Assembly: GCA_039096225.1 (NCBI GenBank) | Contig: JBBPEB010000030.1 | Location: forward strand, 186,001 to 250,000 | Reading direction: 5' to 3' | Origin: Blastocystis sp. Blastoise | Lineage: Eukaryota > Protista > Bigyra: Opalinata | Length of the DNA: 64,000 nt | Shown here: piece by piece, positions 15,530 through 34,374 of the stretch | Numbering within the stretch: the first letter of the stretch is position 1 | How the letters are laid out: each line of letters begins with the position of its first letter | Notes under the pieces: generated by a model | Databases searched by the model: none | The model's input: only the letters and a program-made list of their open reading frames with translations | What the model was told of the DNA's origin: nothing | Program-made: the position numbers and the translations under genes

Positions 15530-18122
15530 ATGGCTGTAGAAAACTTAAAAACACTTCTTATATGTGTAGGTGGTATTTATGTATCTTATTTGACATATGG
15601 TATTTGCCAAGAAAAAATATATAAATTTGTTGGTGCCAATGATCAATACTTCACTTACACATCATTATTATTAGCTATTCAATGTTTTGTTAATGTTACA
15701 TTTGCATATATTAGTATATTATTAAAAATTATATATTATTTATTATATATAAATACAATCTATATAATGAAATTTCGAAAAGATACTATATGAATTCAAA
15801 TAACGAAATACATTTCTATAGCTGGAAAGATCTTTAAATCGAAGAAAACAATTAACTTTTTAGAAATGAAAGAAAAGGAACTTGTGGGTCGTTCTGTTTC
15901 CGTTATGGTGAAAAATCAAGCGTATATATAGCTTATATTAAAGAATATTCTTGTAGATATTTATATTTTTATAAAAATAATAATTATATATATATGAACG
16001 TTATCGAGGATATATTTCTATTTATTTTCTTATTTGCTTTGATATATTCTGATTTTTTTCTTTTATTTTAGTACTCCTGGTATTATTACTAGTGTTGATA
16101 AGCCATCCAATAGTGTTAAAGTCTCTTTTGTTATGGCAAATGGAGAGAAATATGAACGAAATATTGGTAATCCTGAAGTATATAGGATATGATTCTTTAT
16201 TATAGTTATTTATGATTATTTGTGATTATTTATTATGATTCTTTGTTATGCTTATTTATGATTCTTTATTATAGTTATTTATGATTATTTGTGATTCTTT
16301 ATTATGATTATGGTTGTAGCTATAATTCTTATCATTAATATGATATATATATTACCTATCCTCTTTAGGAGCGTATACTCTTTACTAGTGCTCGTCTCGT
16401 TGACTATATGCCTTATGGTATTTCGTATATTATTGCTATGATGGCCTCCAATAACTCTCTTAAAGTATATATATATATATTATATATATTATATATTATT
16501 CTGTATTATCTATATTTTATTCTTTGCTATCTATATATTATTCTTTGCTATCTATCTATTTATATATATATAGCATATTAATTATCCTACACAAGTTCTT
16601 GCGAAATCCTGTAAAATGGTACCAGTTCTTCTCTTTGGAGTACTCTTTGGAAGTATATATATATATTATTCTAATATTATTCTGATATTATTCTGATATT
16701 ATTCTAATATTATTTTGATATTATTATAATATTATTATAATATTATTATAATATTATTCTGATATTATTCTAATATTACTCTAATACAATTCTAAAATTA
16801 TACCAAATATAGAACGTTCTTATCCTCTTAGTAAATATCTTTGTGTCGGTCTTATTACTCTTGGCTTGATTATATTCAATATATTCTCTAAAAATAAGAA
16901 AATTCGTGCTGCTTCAAATAGTACTTATGGATTATGCTTATTAGGTCTATCTTTATGTTGTGATGGAATATCAGCACTTCAACAAGTATATATATATATA
17001 AGTATTCTATTTATTTATTATTTATTTTTGATTTCAATTATTTTTTATTTTAACAGTTTTTTTTTAAAAGATTTCATGATATATTTCTTTCTATATATAT
17101 ATATAACAAATCTTTCTTTACTTTCCTTTTATTCTCTATATTTCTAAATATTTATTATTTTTCTTTACTATGTTTCTATTTTTTACCTCTCTCTTTATTG
17201 AATATATAAATATATATAGTATATAATAAATAAATAAATAAATAAATATATAAATAAATATATTTATAAATATAATAAATAAATAAATAAATATAATAAA
17301 TAAATATAATAAATAAATATAATAAATATAATAAATTAATATATATATATAAATAAATAAATAATAATATATGTATTATATATCTGTAGGATGTTGTAGT
17401 TACTCGTTATCGCCCTTCTACTTTTGATCTTCAAGTGAATGTTAATGTGTGGGGTGTTCTCATTGCTTCTATTGCTGCTATCACTACTAAGGAATTCTTA
17501 CCTGGATTTCAATTTATTATTCAGAATCCTACTATTATTTATGTATTTATTTATATATTTATATGAGTATATCATATTTTATGTCTTCTTTCATATTCTT
17601 TATTTTATATTCTTTAGTATATTCTTGAATTCGCTATTTGCAGTTCTATTGGTCAACTCTTCATTTTCTTAACAGTTCGTAACTTCCAACCTATTGTATA
17701 TATATACATATATATAATTTAATCTTTTTGAATTCTATTTGTAGTGTTTTTTAAAACTATTTCATAGTATATATATAAATATATTAATATAGGTTCTTGC
17801 TACTATTACTACTACTCGTAAATTCTTTACTATTCTTCTTTCTGTCATTATTATGGGTAATCCTCTTCAAGTCGAACAAGTATATATAGAATCAAATTAT
17901 ATATATTTAGTCTTTTTTATATATATTACTATATTTGAATACTAATATTTATATTATTTTTATCTTCATTTTTTCACCATAAAATTTACTTTTATATATC
18001 GTTATTATTAAATATATATTAAATATATATTGAATGTATAGTGGGTAGGTATCCTTTTAGTATTCATTGGACTGGCTAGTGATATTTTAAATAAACAGAA
18101 ACGAACAGATAAAACTGCTTAA
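15530..18122 (+). CDS. SLC35B1: SLC35B1/UTr-type (UAA family) nucleotide-sugar or ATP/ADP transporter, 10 exons
   Basis: Spliced motifs YGICQEKI, SNNSLKHINYPTQVLAKSCKMVPV, SSIGQLFIF, TITTTRKFFTILLSV. Confidence 0.88.
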
Positions 18123-19099
18123 TTTATATATATTTATATACATATATTCTGATTCATTATATATATATATGTTTTATATTATAATACCCTTAATTTATGT
18201 TTTATTGCTATTTAGAGCATGTTAAAAATATACTTATTATTGTTGTTCTATAATTAATATCTAATTATTATAAATATATTAATTAAGGCATTTATTTTTT
18301 TTATAATATATTTTTTTATATATGATTATATTATTTCCTAATTATAATTATATTATGCATATACATATATTGTTTTATTCATTATGTTATATATATATAT
18401 TATATTATATATACATAAATTATTTATTTATGTTATTCTTATGGAGTATGTGGGCTTTTATTTATAGAGATATTCTATTTTAGTATATCGTCTATATATA
18501 GATTTAGTGGAGTTGCTATTCCCCTTCTCTTCTAAATTATCATTTATTATAATATATATATATATATTTGTTTTGTTTTTATTTGCTTTTTTTAAATAAC
18601 AATCATTAGAAACTATTTAGCGAAACTTAAGTTTTTATATTATATGATGATTCATTTATTTTAAATAACATTTAAATCAATTAATTTTCATAATTAACAC
18701 TGGTTTCTATAATAAATTCTATTTTTTAAAAGTTTGCAACTTGTAAACATTGAAGTCTCCAATAAAACACATTTTTCCATTCAATTGGCGAAAAGACATT
18801 ACCATGTTTTCTTTAAAGATCAATTTTTTTGCATATCTGACTCTTTATATGATCTCACCATAACCAACATATAAAAAACAATCCATACTCGTTAGTCAGC
18901 AGTTCTTCAGTTTATTCTTTCTTTTTTATAATAGGAGAAAAAACACCTAATTTACCGAGAATCATGATTAATCTGGTAGATCCTCTTTGAAATCAATGTT
19001 TCCCCTGGTTTTCAACGTTTTTATTTGGTTTTCTTTTTTTTGTTTTCATTATAAGGGGAAAAAAGACATATTATTATTTTTGCTTGTTTCTTAATCAAT

Positions 19100-19486
19100 A
19101 TGGCTACAACTCCTGATAATAGACGTAAACCTTACTCAAATGAACTTCTTGCTGCAGCTCCTATTATTGCTGAAAAGTGTGCTGAACAAAACATTGCTTT
19201 CATGGAATGTAAGAAAGAACATGAAAAGGAACATCCTAGAGTTTGTTTAGAACAAGCTCATAAAGTAGAAGATTGCGTTTTTTCTACGTATATTTTTATT
19301 TTTACTATGTGTTCTTTTTGATTCCTATTAACTTTCTTTTATTCTACTATTAGAGACGTTAAAAAAGCTTGCCCTGTTGAATTCAAGAACTTTACTGATT
19401 GTTTATATTCTTATAACAATAGATATGAAGATTGTAGAAAAGCTCAACTTGCTTTCATGAAGTGTTGGGAAAGTGCTAGTCATTAA
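19100..19486 (+). CDS. NDUFA8: NADH:ubiquinone oxidoreductase subunit A8 (CX9C protein), 2 exons
   Basis: SNELLAAAPIIAEKC...FMEC...PRVCLEQ...C and C...FTDC...CRKAQLAFMKC give four CX9C pairs. Confidence 0.88.
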
Positions 19487-19792
19487 ATTCTTCTAGTCTT
19501 TGCTTTTTGTTATATACTCTATATTTTATCTATTTATATATTTTTTAATGATTTGATTTGTAATTAATAGGAGTGTTTTGTTTATAAACATGTGCATTTT
19601 AAAAGAACAATATTTTACTTATATGAAACAATTAACTATATATAGTATATTATTCAATTCTATGTTATCTCTCTATATTAACAAAACTATTGATTTATAT
19701 AAGAAAAGGGAACTGTTTTTCAAGAGAATATAATTGGAAAAAAAAGATATAAATGGTAATAATAAGACAAAAAAGAATTTGCTATAAGAAAA

Positions 19793-24178
<4,386 letters not shown>

Positions 24179-24908
24179 ATACCAGTAAACCTTTCTGATA
24201 TTTGCTCAATATAATAGTAATTATTTTTCCATTATTAGCTGAGGATGAGTAATTAATATGGATCTATTTCATATCTATTTCGTATTCTATATAGAATGAT
24301 TGCTCATTTCATAGAAAGGATTATCAAATGATTTTCATTGTTTATGAAAAAAATGATCCTTTTGTGTTTTTTAATTGATTCTTCCTTACAGATTGTATAA
24401 TAGTTTTTTAGGAATTTTTGGAATATACTTAAGTATCTAGAAATAGTATAAGGATCTTTAAATAACGAATATCTTATGGAATTGATCGATGACAATTATT
24501 TAACTTCGTTAATAAGATGAATTTTTGCATTCATTGAATATTATATTATTATTCAATGAAGAAAGTCGTGATTTAAAGTACCATAAAAGTAATTCATTGG
24601 AAACAACAATTTTCTTTTAAAAATTCAAATAATTTTCTCATGTATTTTAACTACTATCTCAATTTCAAAAAAAAAAATGAATCAAAACACTTTTATAATT
24701 AACAGAATTCATTACCATTTTAAAATGGAGAGTGATAATCATGAAGAAAATGATTCATGACTACAGAAAAAAAATATTCAAAATAAATAGAAAAAAACAA
24801 ATATGATAATTTTATAAATAAAACATCATGGAAGCAAAAAAAATTCAAAAGAACTATTTATCAAAAGTAACCAACTAGACAGATGAAGTACATCAAACAA
24901 TCTCTATT

Positions 24909-25187
24909 TTAAAGGGAACCTTGAGAAACTAATGTTAAAAACTCGCTGAAGCTGATCATACCATTTTTATCATTATCAATAATAGCAAAGACTTTCTTAG
25001 CTTTGATAGAATCTAAATTACTTCCAATAATTTTTAAAAGTTGTTTGAATTCTTCGAAGTTGATATTATTAGAATTATCAACATCAACAGATCTGAAGGC
25101 AAGATAGCTTTTATCTAACTATACATAATAATTGAACTACAATAAAGCGTTACTTACTAAGGTAGATTCAAATTTTACTATGGTCAT
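24909..25187 (-). CDS. Small two-EF-hand Ca2+-binding protein (about 80 aa), 2 exons, absent from ORF track
   Basis: MTIVKFESTL|LDKSYLAFRSVDVDNSNNINFEEFKQLL...KVFAIIDNDKNGMISFSEFL; 39-nt GTAAGT..TAG intron at 25119-25157. Confidence 0.85.
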
Positions 25188-26246
25188 GATGTTTTGAGAT
25201 ATTTATTCTTTTGAAATATTCTAAAAACACAACATTAACTCTCTGAGCGGAATACCCGATTTTAGCGATTATATTCAAATTATATGAGAAAAATATAGAA
25301 TTCTAACGGTTCAAGTTAGTCTTAAAAAAATAGGTTTTTTCTGTTGTTATTGGCTTATTCATAGAGAACATCAAATGAATTGCTTGAATCATTTCTTTTA
25401 ATTATTTTGTTAATTTTTTTAAATGCTTGAAATGCCAATTAGTTTTTACTTTGATTTTCTATTTTCGTTGAACAATAACAAACTTTCTTTGTACATAAAA
25501 TATATGTAAATATAAAGGTCAAATAGCAACTGTCTCTTAAAAAAAGATAATTCTAACAGTTATCTATCATAACGAGCGTCCTTCATGAGACCTGATAATA
25601 TGAAATAAGTGGAAACAATGCAAAAAAGAAATAAAACAAGTTTTTAAAGAATTACATGTGAAAAACATTCGTTGATTCTGGTTTAAGTATTTCAAAATAT
25701 ATGTTATTCTTCTATGTATCACTTGATTATATTAATGGACAATTTATACTGTTGAATAAAAAGTGAAAACGAAACTTTGATTTTGATTTGAGTTTTCAAT
25801 ACTATTTTTGTTTCTGACACTATTTAGAATCTTAACCAGTATTCTCGTGAATTTTCAATATGTATTTTTATAGAAATACTAGTAATTGATTTTTTTTTAT
25901 GGTATGATTTGGAGACAACAACGTAGATCTATGTCACTAATAATAGAAATGATAATAATAATATAAAAGACATGATGAAAGAATCATTATATAAAACAAA
26001 TGAAATTTCGTTCTTCACTATGTATGCCAAATGTTTTTATATGTAAGATTTATCAATAGCTGTTCATTTGCGTATTAAATATCAACAAAATTAATTTAAA
26101 TGTCTCTTTTAAACAGACATACGGCAAAAAATAGTAAATTGGTATTATATATCAATTTCTCTGTATAAAAGAAAAATAATCGGAATTATCTTTGGTGGTT
26201 GAAAGTCATAAATTTCTTTTCTTATTCTTTTTGATACTCTATTAAA

Positions 26247-27469
26247 ATGGATCAAGAAATTAATACTCAAGAAGGAAACACCTTATTCCTTAAAAACCTT
26301 CCATTGACTATTACTGTTGAACAACTTGAATCAACATTAGGTGAATATGGTCCAGTTAGAAGAGCTTTCATCGTCAATGTATTTATTTAGTTTTATTTTC
26401 TAATTTGTTATTCTAGGATCGTCAAGGTGCTTCTCGTGGATTTGGTTACGTTGAATTGTATGCTATATATCATTGCTCATTTTTATTTTATGAATTGACT
26501 TTATTTTATTTTACTTTTTCTAGTGCTTTTGCTTCTGATGCTCAAGAAGCAGTCAAGAAAATTGATGGTACAAATTACTATGGTAACACAATTAAAGCTG
26601 AAATTGCTAAACCTAAAAAGAGAAGTCGTAAAGAAGTGATTAGTTCATTATCCAAGAAATCAGAAACCACTGCTTCTGAACAAACTAATACTATGGAAAT
26701 AGAGAAAGAAAGTGAAGAATCAAGTGATGAAGATGAAGAAAATAAAGAAGAGAAAACATCTGAAATGAAAGAAGAAGAAGAAGAAGAAGATAAAAGTAAT
26801 ATTCCAGATATAGAAATAAAGAAAGAAGATTTTAAAGTTCAATTAGAAAATAAATTAAAAGAAGAAACTATAAAACGTTTACAAACTATTCTTGTATTTG
26901 GATTACCTATTAATATGAAAGCAGATAATCTTAAAAAGAAGTATATATAGGATTATTATTATATGATTATTATGATTATGATGATGATTATTATTAAGTT
27001 ATTATTATATGATTATTATGATTATTACAATTCTATTCTCTTTTATATTCTATGATGTATATTCTATCTAGGTATCCCTTAATATTTAAGAATAGTGAGT
27101 TTACTTATCCTAATGCTTCTCCCTTTGGTGGTAGAGATACTGTCGCTCATATTATCGACACTAACCAAGATCATCTTAAGGAAGTATATATATATTTATT
27201 ATTCATATTATTCATTATTGTTATTTTTATTATATATAACACTATTCTAGTATATATATTATAAATATTATATATATATAGTTAGTGAAGAAGATCAATG
27301 ATACTCCTGGTTTAGCTGCCCGTCGTCTCTCGTCTATTCCCGCGACTGCAGGAGCTTTTGAGAGATGTCGTCTCATCGTCCGTAATATGCCATTCTCTTT
27401 AGCTGAAAAGGATATGATTCATTTATTTTCAAAAGTTGCTCCTTTACATAGTATCAACATACCTAAGAA

Positions 27470-27550
<81 letters not shown>

Positions 27551-28863
27551 TTGTGGTAGAGGTTTTTTATTTGTTCAATATTATACTAATACTGATGCTG
27601 ATAAATGTATTGAAGAACTTAATAATACAGAATATAAGAGTCGTGTTATGATTATTGATAGATCTGTTAATAAGAATGATTATGTGAATATTCAAAAACA
27701 AAAAGGTAATTATTTTATTAATAATATATATAAATATATGTTAGTTGTTTCATTATATATTTATTTAATATTTTTATTTTAGAAGAAGAAGAAGAAGAAG
27801 AAGAAGAAAAGAAAGAAGAAGAAAAGAAAGAAGAAGATGAAGAAGAAAAGAAAGAAGAAGATGAAGAAAAGAATGATGAAGAAGAAGAAGAAGATGAAGA
27901 AGAAAAAGATGATGAAGAAGATGATGATGAAGAGAAAGAAGATGATGAAGAAAAAGAAGATGAAGATGAGAATGATGATGAAGAAAACCAACATGAGGCC
28001 ATTGATCATAAAGTCCATCCTGTCCTTGGAGATGCCAATGAAGGAAAAACTATATTTATACGTAATTTATCTTATGATTGTACGGAGACTAATCTATATC
28101 AATATTTTGAAAAGTATGGTAAAATTGTTTATGCAAAAATTGTAAAAGATAAGTATGTTCTTATTTATAATAATATTTATTATAATGATAATAATAATAA
28201 TAATAATTGTTATATATATAGAGTAAGTGGTATTAGTAAGGGATGTGGCTTCATAAAATTTGAAGAACAAAGTAGTGTAGACACTATTCTCAAGTTATAT
28301 CAACGTATTCAAGTATATATAATGATTATCACTTTATATTTTATAATATTCTATTATACTCATAATATATATATATATATATATAGAATGAGGCAATGAC
28401 TTATAAGCCTCACGATGACACACCTGCGGATGGTCAACAAGATCGATTTATTATGAATGAACGAAACTTATATATATCTCTCGCTTTATCTAGTGACTCT
28501 CTTAAAACTGAAATAAAAGATAGAGAGATGTTTAATAAGGATAAACGTCATTTATATTTAATGAAAGAAGGAGAAGTGAATAGAAATACCGATGCAGCTG
28601 TAGGTGTACCCGAGAAAGGTATATATATATATATATAAAATTATTATCATTATATAATAATATATTTCGATGTTTCAACCTTATCTATATATCCATATTA
28701 TATATCTATATATCTATATAGATATGGTTAAACGTGATAATAATGCTTCGGAGAAGAAGACAAAACTAAAGAATCCTCTTTTCTTTATAAGTCCCTTCCG
28801 TCTTGCTATTAAGAATATTGGTAAACATATCGATTCTACTACTCTTAAGAAAATATGTATTCG

Positions 28864-28897
<34 letters not shown>

Positions 28898-29177
28898 TTA
28901 TTATGTCAATATATTTAATATACTCTCAATTATAATCATCTACTATTGTAGTATTCTATAATATATAATATATATATACCCTATGTATTCTATAGTGCTA
29001 GTCAGAAAGGAATGAGTAGTGGAATAGTAGATCTTCGTGAAGGCGATCCCTCACTTCGTACGGATAAGAAAGATCATATTGAAGTCGTTCAAGCTATTAT
29101 CAGTACTAATAAAGAATCTTTAGATGAGAATGGTAAACCTAAACATCGTGGTATGGGATTTGTTGAATTTACTAGAC

Positions 29178-29244
<67 letters not shown>

Positions 29245-29991
29245 TATACAATAATATATTATACATTAATATATATTATATATATATATTATATAGCATC
29301 ATGCTTTAGCTTGTCTTCGTATATTGAATAATAATCCTAATTACTGGTGGTTATGTCTCCCTCCACGAGAAGGTGAAAACATACCAGCCGTCAATGTATA
29401 TATATATATATATATTATTTTTCTTGCTTATTTAATTGTATTAGTTTTATATAATAATAATAATATATAATATAATAATAATAATAGTAATAATAATGAA
29501 TATATATATATAGGACCATAAGACTAAGATTATTCGTGAAAAACCAACTGGTGAGTTATCTCGTCCTATCGTTGAATTCGCCATCTGCAACCATTCTCTC
29601 CTTAGAAAGAAGCAGGAAATTAGAGTATATTATGCTAATTCTATAATATATTCATTTTATAATAATTTATTTTCTTATATATATTAATCTTCTAAATATC
29701 TATATAATGTCTTCATTCCTATAGAATGAGAAGAAAGCTTTAGCATCAAAGATTGATGATGCTCCTTTAACTCGTTCTAATAACAGTAAATATGTATCGA
29801 AAGATGACTTAAAGCAAAGTATGAAGTCAAAACGTCCTCTTCGTAAGAAGGCTTATCATAGTAAATTCGCTAGTAATCAAGCTCCTCGTAATCCTTTACC
29901 AAAGAATGTTAAAGTATTAAGTAGAGCTACAGGTGGACAAAAGAGAAAAGTTGGACATAAGGCTTTTGATAGAAAGAGATCTAGAATCTAA
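26247..29991 (+). CDS. RBM28: Nucleolar multi-RRM protein RBM28/Nop4, 14 exons
   Basis: RRM motifs (SRGFGYVEF, RLIVRNMPF, GRGFLFVQY, HRGMGFVEF), acidic tract, DKRHLYLMKEG, KLKNPLFFISPFRL, RPIVEFAI. Confidence 0.9.
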
Positions 29992-30258
29992 ACTATAATC
30001 ATTTTTTAAAAAATTTAATGTTATGAATTTATAATTCTTGTTTGTATCTGTTATTTTATTTATTTTTGTTTGTTTCTGTTATAAAGATTTATATATATTA
30101 TATTGTTGTGTTATTATATTTCTTTTATATTATGACAGACAATGATTAATGTGAAGGTTTATAAACCATAAAGTATAAATAAGGTACAAAACAAATACAA
30201 TAAAAATGATCTTAATTATGTAGATCAGAAAACTGAATTTCCAATAAGATAGATTCCT

Positions 30259-30656
30259 TTAATATCTCCATTGAATAGTAACTCCTTTAAAGATATCACC
30301 TTGAAGAGCATCAAAGATAAGTACACCATCCTTATAACTAAAAGAAGAAAATAATAAAAATAAAAAACAATAATGATAGAATATATATTCATATAGATAA
30401 TAGAAATATATACACAGGAGTGAATTGCTTTTGATTAACGAAAACAAAAGAAGGCTTATTATTAAATCCATAGAATAAAACAGTATTTACAGAAGGAATA
30501 TCTTTATAATTTTCAGCAACGGTAGTAATACTAAACTTTTGTTTTTTATGTTCCATAGTAAAATGACTATATTGATTGTTTTCATAAGGATCTATATATA
30601 TATAGTGAATAATCATATTTTTATATATATAATAACTGAATATAATATTAATGTGT

Positions 30657-30702
<46 letters not shown>

Positions 30703-33700
30703 CATACCAATGCAATCACCATCATCTATATAGAATTCTCCAGTAGCTTCCATATTTTTATCTAAGAAGACTTCAATAGTAACATTACCTTTACGAGTAT
30801 CAAACACGGTAGGTTTAGGAGGTTGAGTAATAAGTATATGGCCACCTTTTACATATATTGGTATATTATCTATAGTAACAGGTTCATCTTTCCATTCACC
30901 TTCAGTTTCAATAATTGTCTCCTTATTCCACCAAGAATACCATTTTCCCGCGGGGAAATAACTATGAATAGAAGTAACATTAGGCTTTAAAACAGGGTTA
31001 ATAAGAACAGCATCACTCCACATCATTTGTTCATCTATAGCATGAGTCTCAGAATCTTGGGGATAATTGAAAAATAAGGGACGAGCAACAGTATTACCAG
31101 TAATATGAGATTTAAACATTAATGTATATAAATAAGGTAATAAAGTATAACGAACATTCAAAGCATCTCTCATATGAACAGCAACTTCATCACCAAAAGC
31201 AGCAGGATCTTGATCAGGAGAGCCAATAGCATTATGATTACGACTAAAAGGATAGAATGCACCTAATTGAGTCCAACGAGTACATAGTTCAGCATTCGTT
31301 GTACCAGAAAAACCACAAATATCAACACCAACAAAAGGAATACCATACATATTAAACATAGTAGTTGCTATATAATAATAATAATAATAAAAATATTTCT
31401 CATACTATAAATATTAAATATATATATTAAGAAATATATACATATTTTTAACAATAAGTAAATAAATAATATAAAATAAATATATAAAATAAAAAATATA
31501 AAATAAATCATATAAAATAAATAAATAGATAGATATACTCCAAATAGAGTCTTTAAGATGTCCCCAATTGGAATCATTATCACCTCCCCAATGTCCTCCA
31601 AATTTCCCTTGTCCTACAAAACTAGATCTACTTATATCAAAAGATCGTTTGCCTGTAGCTTCTTGCATACGTTTTAAAGTAGTTTCTGCTTCATAATAAG
31701 CATATAAACTATGCATATTATAATGTAATTGATCATTATAATGAAGAGTATCCATGCAAGCAGTATTAGCAGTTAATTTACCACCATAAACATTAGGTAA
31801 ATATGGAGGATTATTAAGATTATTTTCAGCACATGGAGTAACAGTATTAACACCAAGTTCATTCATATCAATCCAAGCAGCATCAATAGGTATATCTTTT
31901 CTATAAGTTTCAAGCATTTCTTTTAACCAGAAAGTAGCATTAGGATGAGTATAATCACTAATAACTTCAGTACCAGCCCATTGAGTAACTTTATAGAATC
32001 CTTTTCCATCAGGATCACGCATTAAAATATTATACTCTATATAAATAATAATAATAATAATAATAAACAATAAATAATATCTCAAATAATAATAATAATA
32101 AACATAATAATAATAAAAACAAATTACTTTTAGCACTATCAGCAACATAATAGTCTTCAGGAAAAGCGGGATCAATCATAATAACATATTTCATATTTTC
32201 ATCATGTAATTGTTGAATGAATTCAGGAAGACCTGCAAATTCTTTCTTATTATACGTGAATATATGACACTGATCAAAAGCATCAATATCATTCCATTGA
32301 ATATCATAAGGTATTTCATATTTTCTCATACGATCATGTACAGTTTTAACTGCTTCTAATGAATTATATCCCCAGCGACAGAGCTGGAAGCCGAGACCCC
32401 ATACAGGAGGTAGGAAAGGTTTACCAACAAGGGAAGTATATCTATGGAGAGAAGTAGAAGAAGAGGAAGATACATAAATATTATTATATATATAATCTAG
32501 ATAATGAAGAATAATTGTAATGATAATATATAGAATGAACAAAAAACTACTTATGAATAAAATAAATAGAATTCCATATATAAAATTAATATTAATATAT
32601 GAATAATAAATAAAAATTCATAAAAACTATTAATATAAATATATACTGTTCTACTACTTCTTCAGGAGTGGGTCCCATGAATATATAAATATCAATAATA
32701 CCACCAATAGTTCTGAATGTAAGTGCAGGAGTAGGTTGAAGAATAATATCCATAGCATTACTATTATAAAATAAAACACCATAAGCATTATTATCTTTAT
32801 CTAAACCCATATAGAAAGGCTGATGACCATATAAATTGTGATAACCTATATATATATATTATTATTATAAGGTAACTTTAGTTTATTAATAAATGTAATA
32901 AAAATAATAATAAATATAATAATATAATATAATAATATAATATAATAATAAATATGATAATATAATATAATAATATAATATAATATAATAATATAATATA
33001 ATAATAAATATACCGTTAGGACAAGTAGCATCATGAGGGAAGATTGTGATTGTTTTCCAGTTAATATCTAATAGAAGAGGAATACCTGTATGTTCTCCAA
33101 GACCATAGATTTTATTTGTAGGAAGACGAGTAGCTAATTGAATGAATTGATCACTATACATAAAACCACCTATACTTGTATCAAATATAGTAGCACCAGT
33201 AGAAACTCTTGACTATAAAGAAGTAGTGTTTTAACTTAGAATTGATCAATAGTATCATAATAATATATAATAATAAGTATAGATAAAATAAAAATATATA
33301 TATAATGAGTATAAATAAAGTAAAATCAACTATATATAACAATAATGAGTATACAGTAATCAAATAAACATAATAATATAAGTTTTTTACATACAACATT
33401 AATAGAGAATGTTTCTTCTTTATAATCAACAGAATAGTCAATATTTTCTGGTTTTTCTTCAGATTTGGATAATTCAATAGGTATTTCAAAACGAGCCTTT
33501 TCAGAATCAGTTATCTTGATGTGAAGTCTCTTATCAGTTTCATAAATAGTTTCTAAATGAAGCTTATTCACAGGATTAGGATAAGGAATATTAGTTTCTT
33601 CATGCTTAAGAAGGGTAGCAGTATCCTTTCTTTCTTCACGCTTTAATTCACTTGTAGAATATCCAAAGTTTTTAGGTAAATAACACCAAGGTTGACCCAT

Positions 33701-33868
33701 ATTAGATTGAGCAGGCATATAACAACAACCATGAGAAGCACAATCTTCTTGAATATCTCCATGAATTACAGGAAGACAGTCGAGTCTATCAATGTCAGGA
33801 ATATCACACTGATCAGATAGAGAGGAAGCAAGCAAAAATACAAAACAAAGGACGAATAATTTCATCAT
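30259..33868 (-). CDS. GH31 alpha-glucosidase (GAA/sucrase-isomaltase type) with N-terminal trefoil domain, 8 exons
   Basis: Signal peptide, trefoil (C..RLDC..C...GCC..PWCY), YGLGEH, WIDMNE nucleophile, HWGGDN acid/base, [16 protein letters not shown]. Confidence 0.95.
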
Positions 33869-34374
33869 GTAATGACTTATACAAAATAAAAACAATTGTG
33901 TTGTTGTATCAATTTGATTTTTAAAAAGGAGATTATTGTATTTATGACCCTATATATGAGATTTATGTTTATCAATAGGGTATTTTCTACTTTTAAATAA
34001 GGGTCTATTTTGGTTTTGTAAATAAAACATGGAAATATTGAGAAACATAAGAGGAAAAAATATTTCGTAAATCGTAATTAAAATCATTTGTGTTGATTAG
34101 GGGGATATAAATGGTTTCTCTGGAATATATAAAAATTGGATGGTCATGATTATGTTTAAAAGTTTCTCTATACTTAGATTATATAATCGTGAATATTCAA
34201 AAGTTCTTTGAAAATATGGAGATTATTTGTGTGTCATTGAGATTTCCGTTTATATATGATGATTGGTTGAATCTGGAATAAAAGTGGAAACATCAAAGCA
34301 AAGGAGGTTTAGATCTTTCTTTTTCTAAACAGAGTTTACTTCATAATTTTTTGTTTGATTATTTGAAAGAAATT

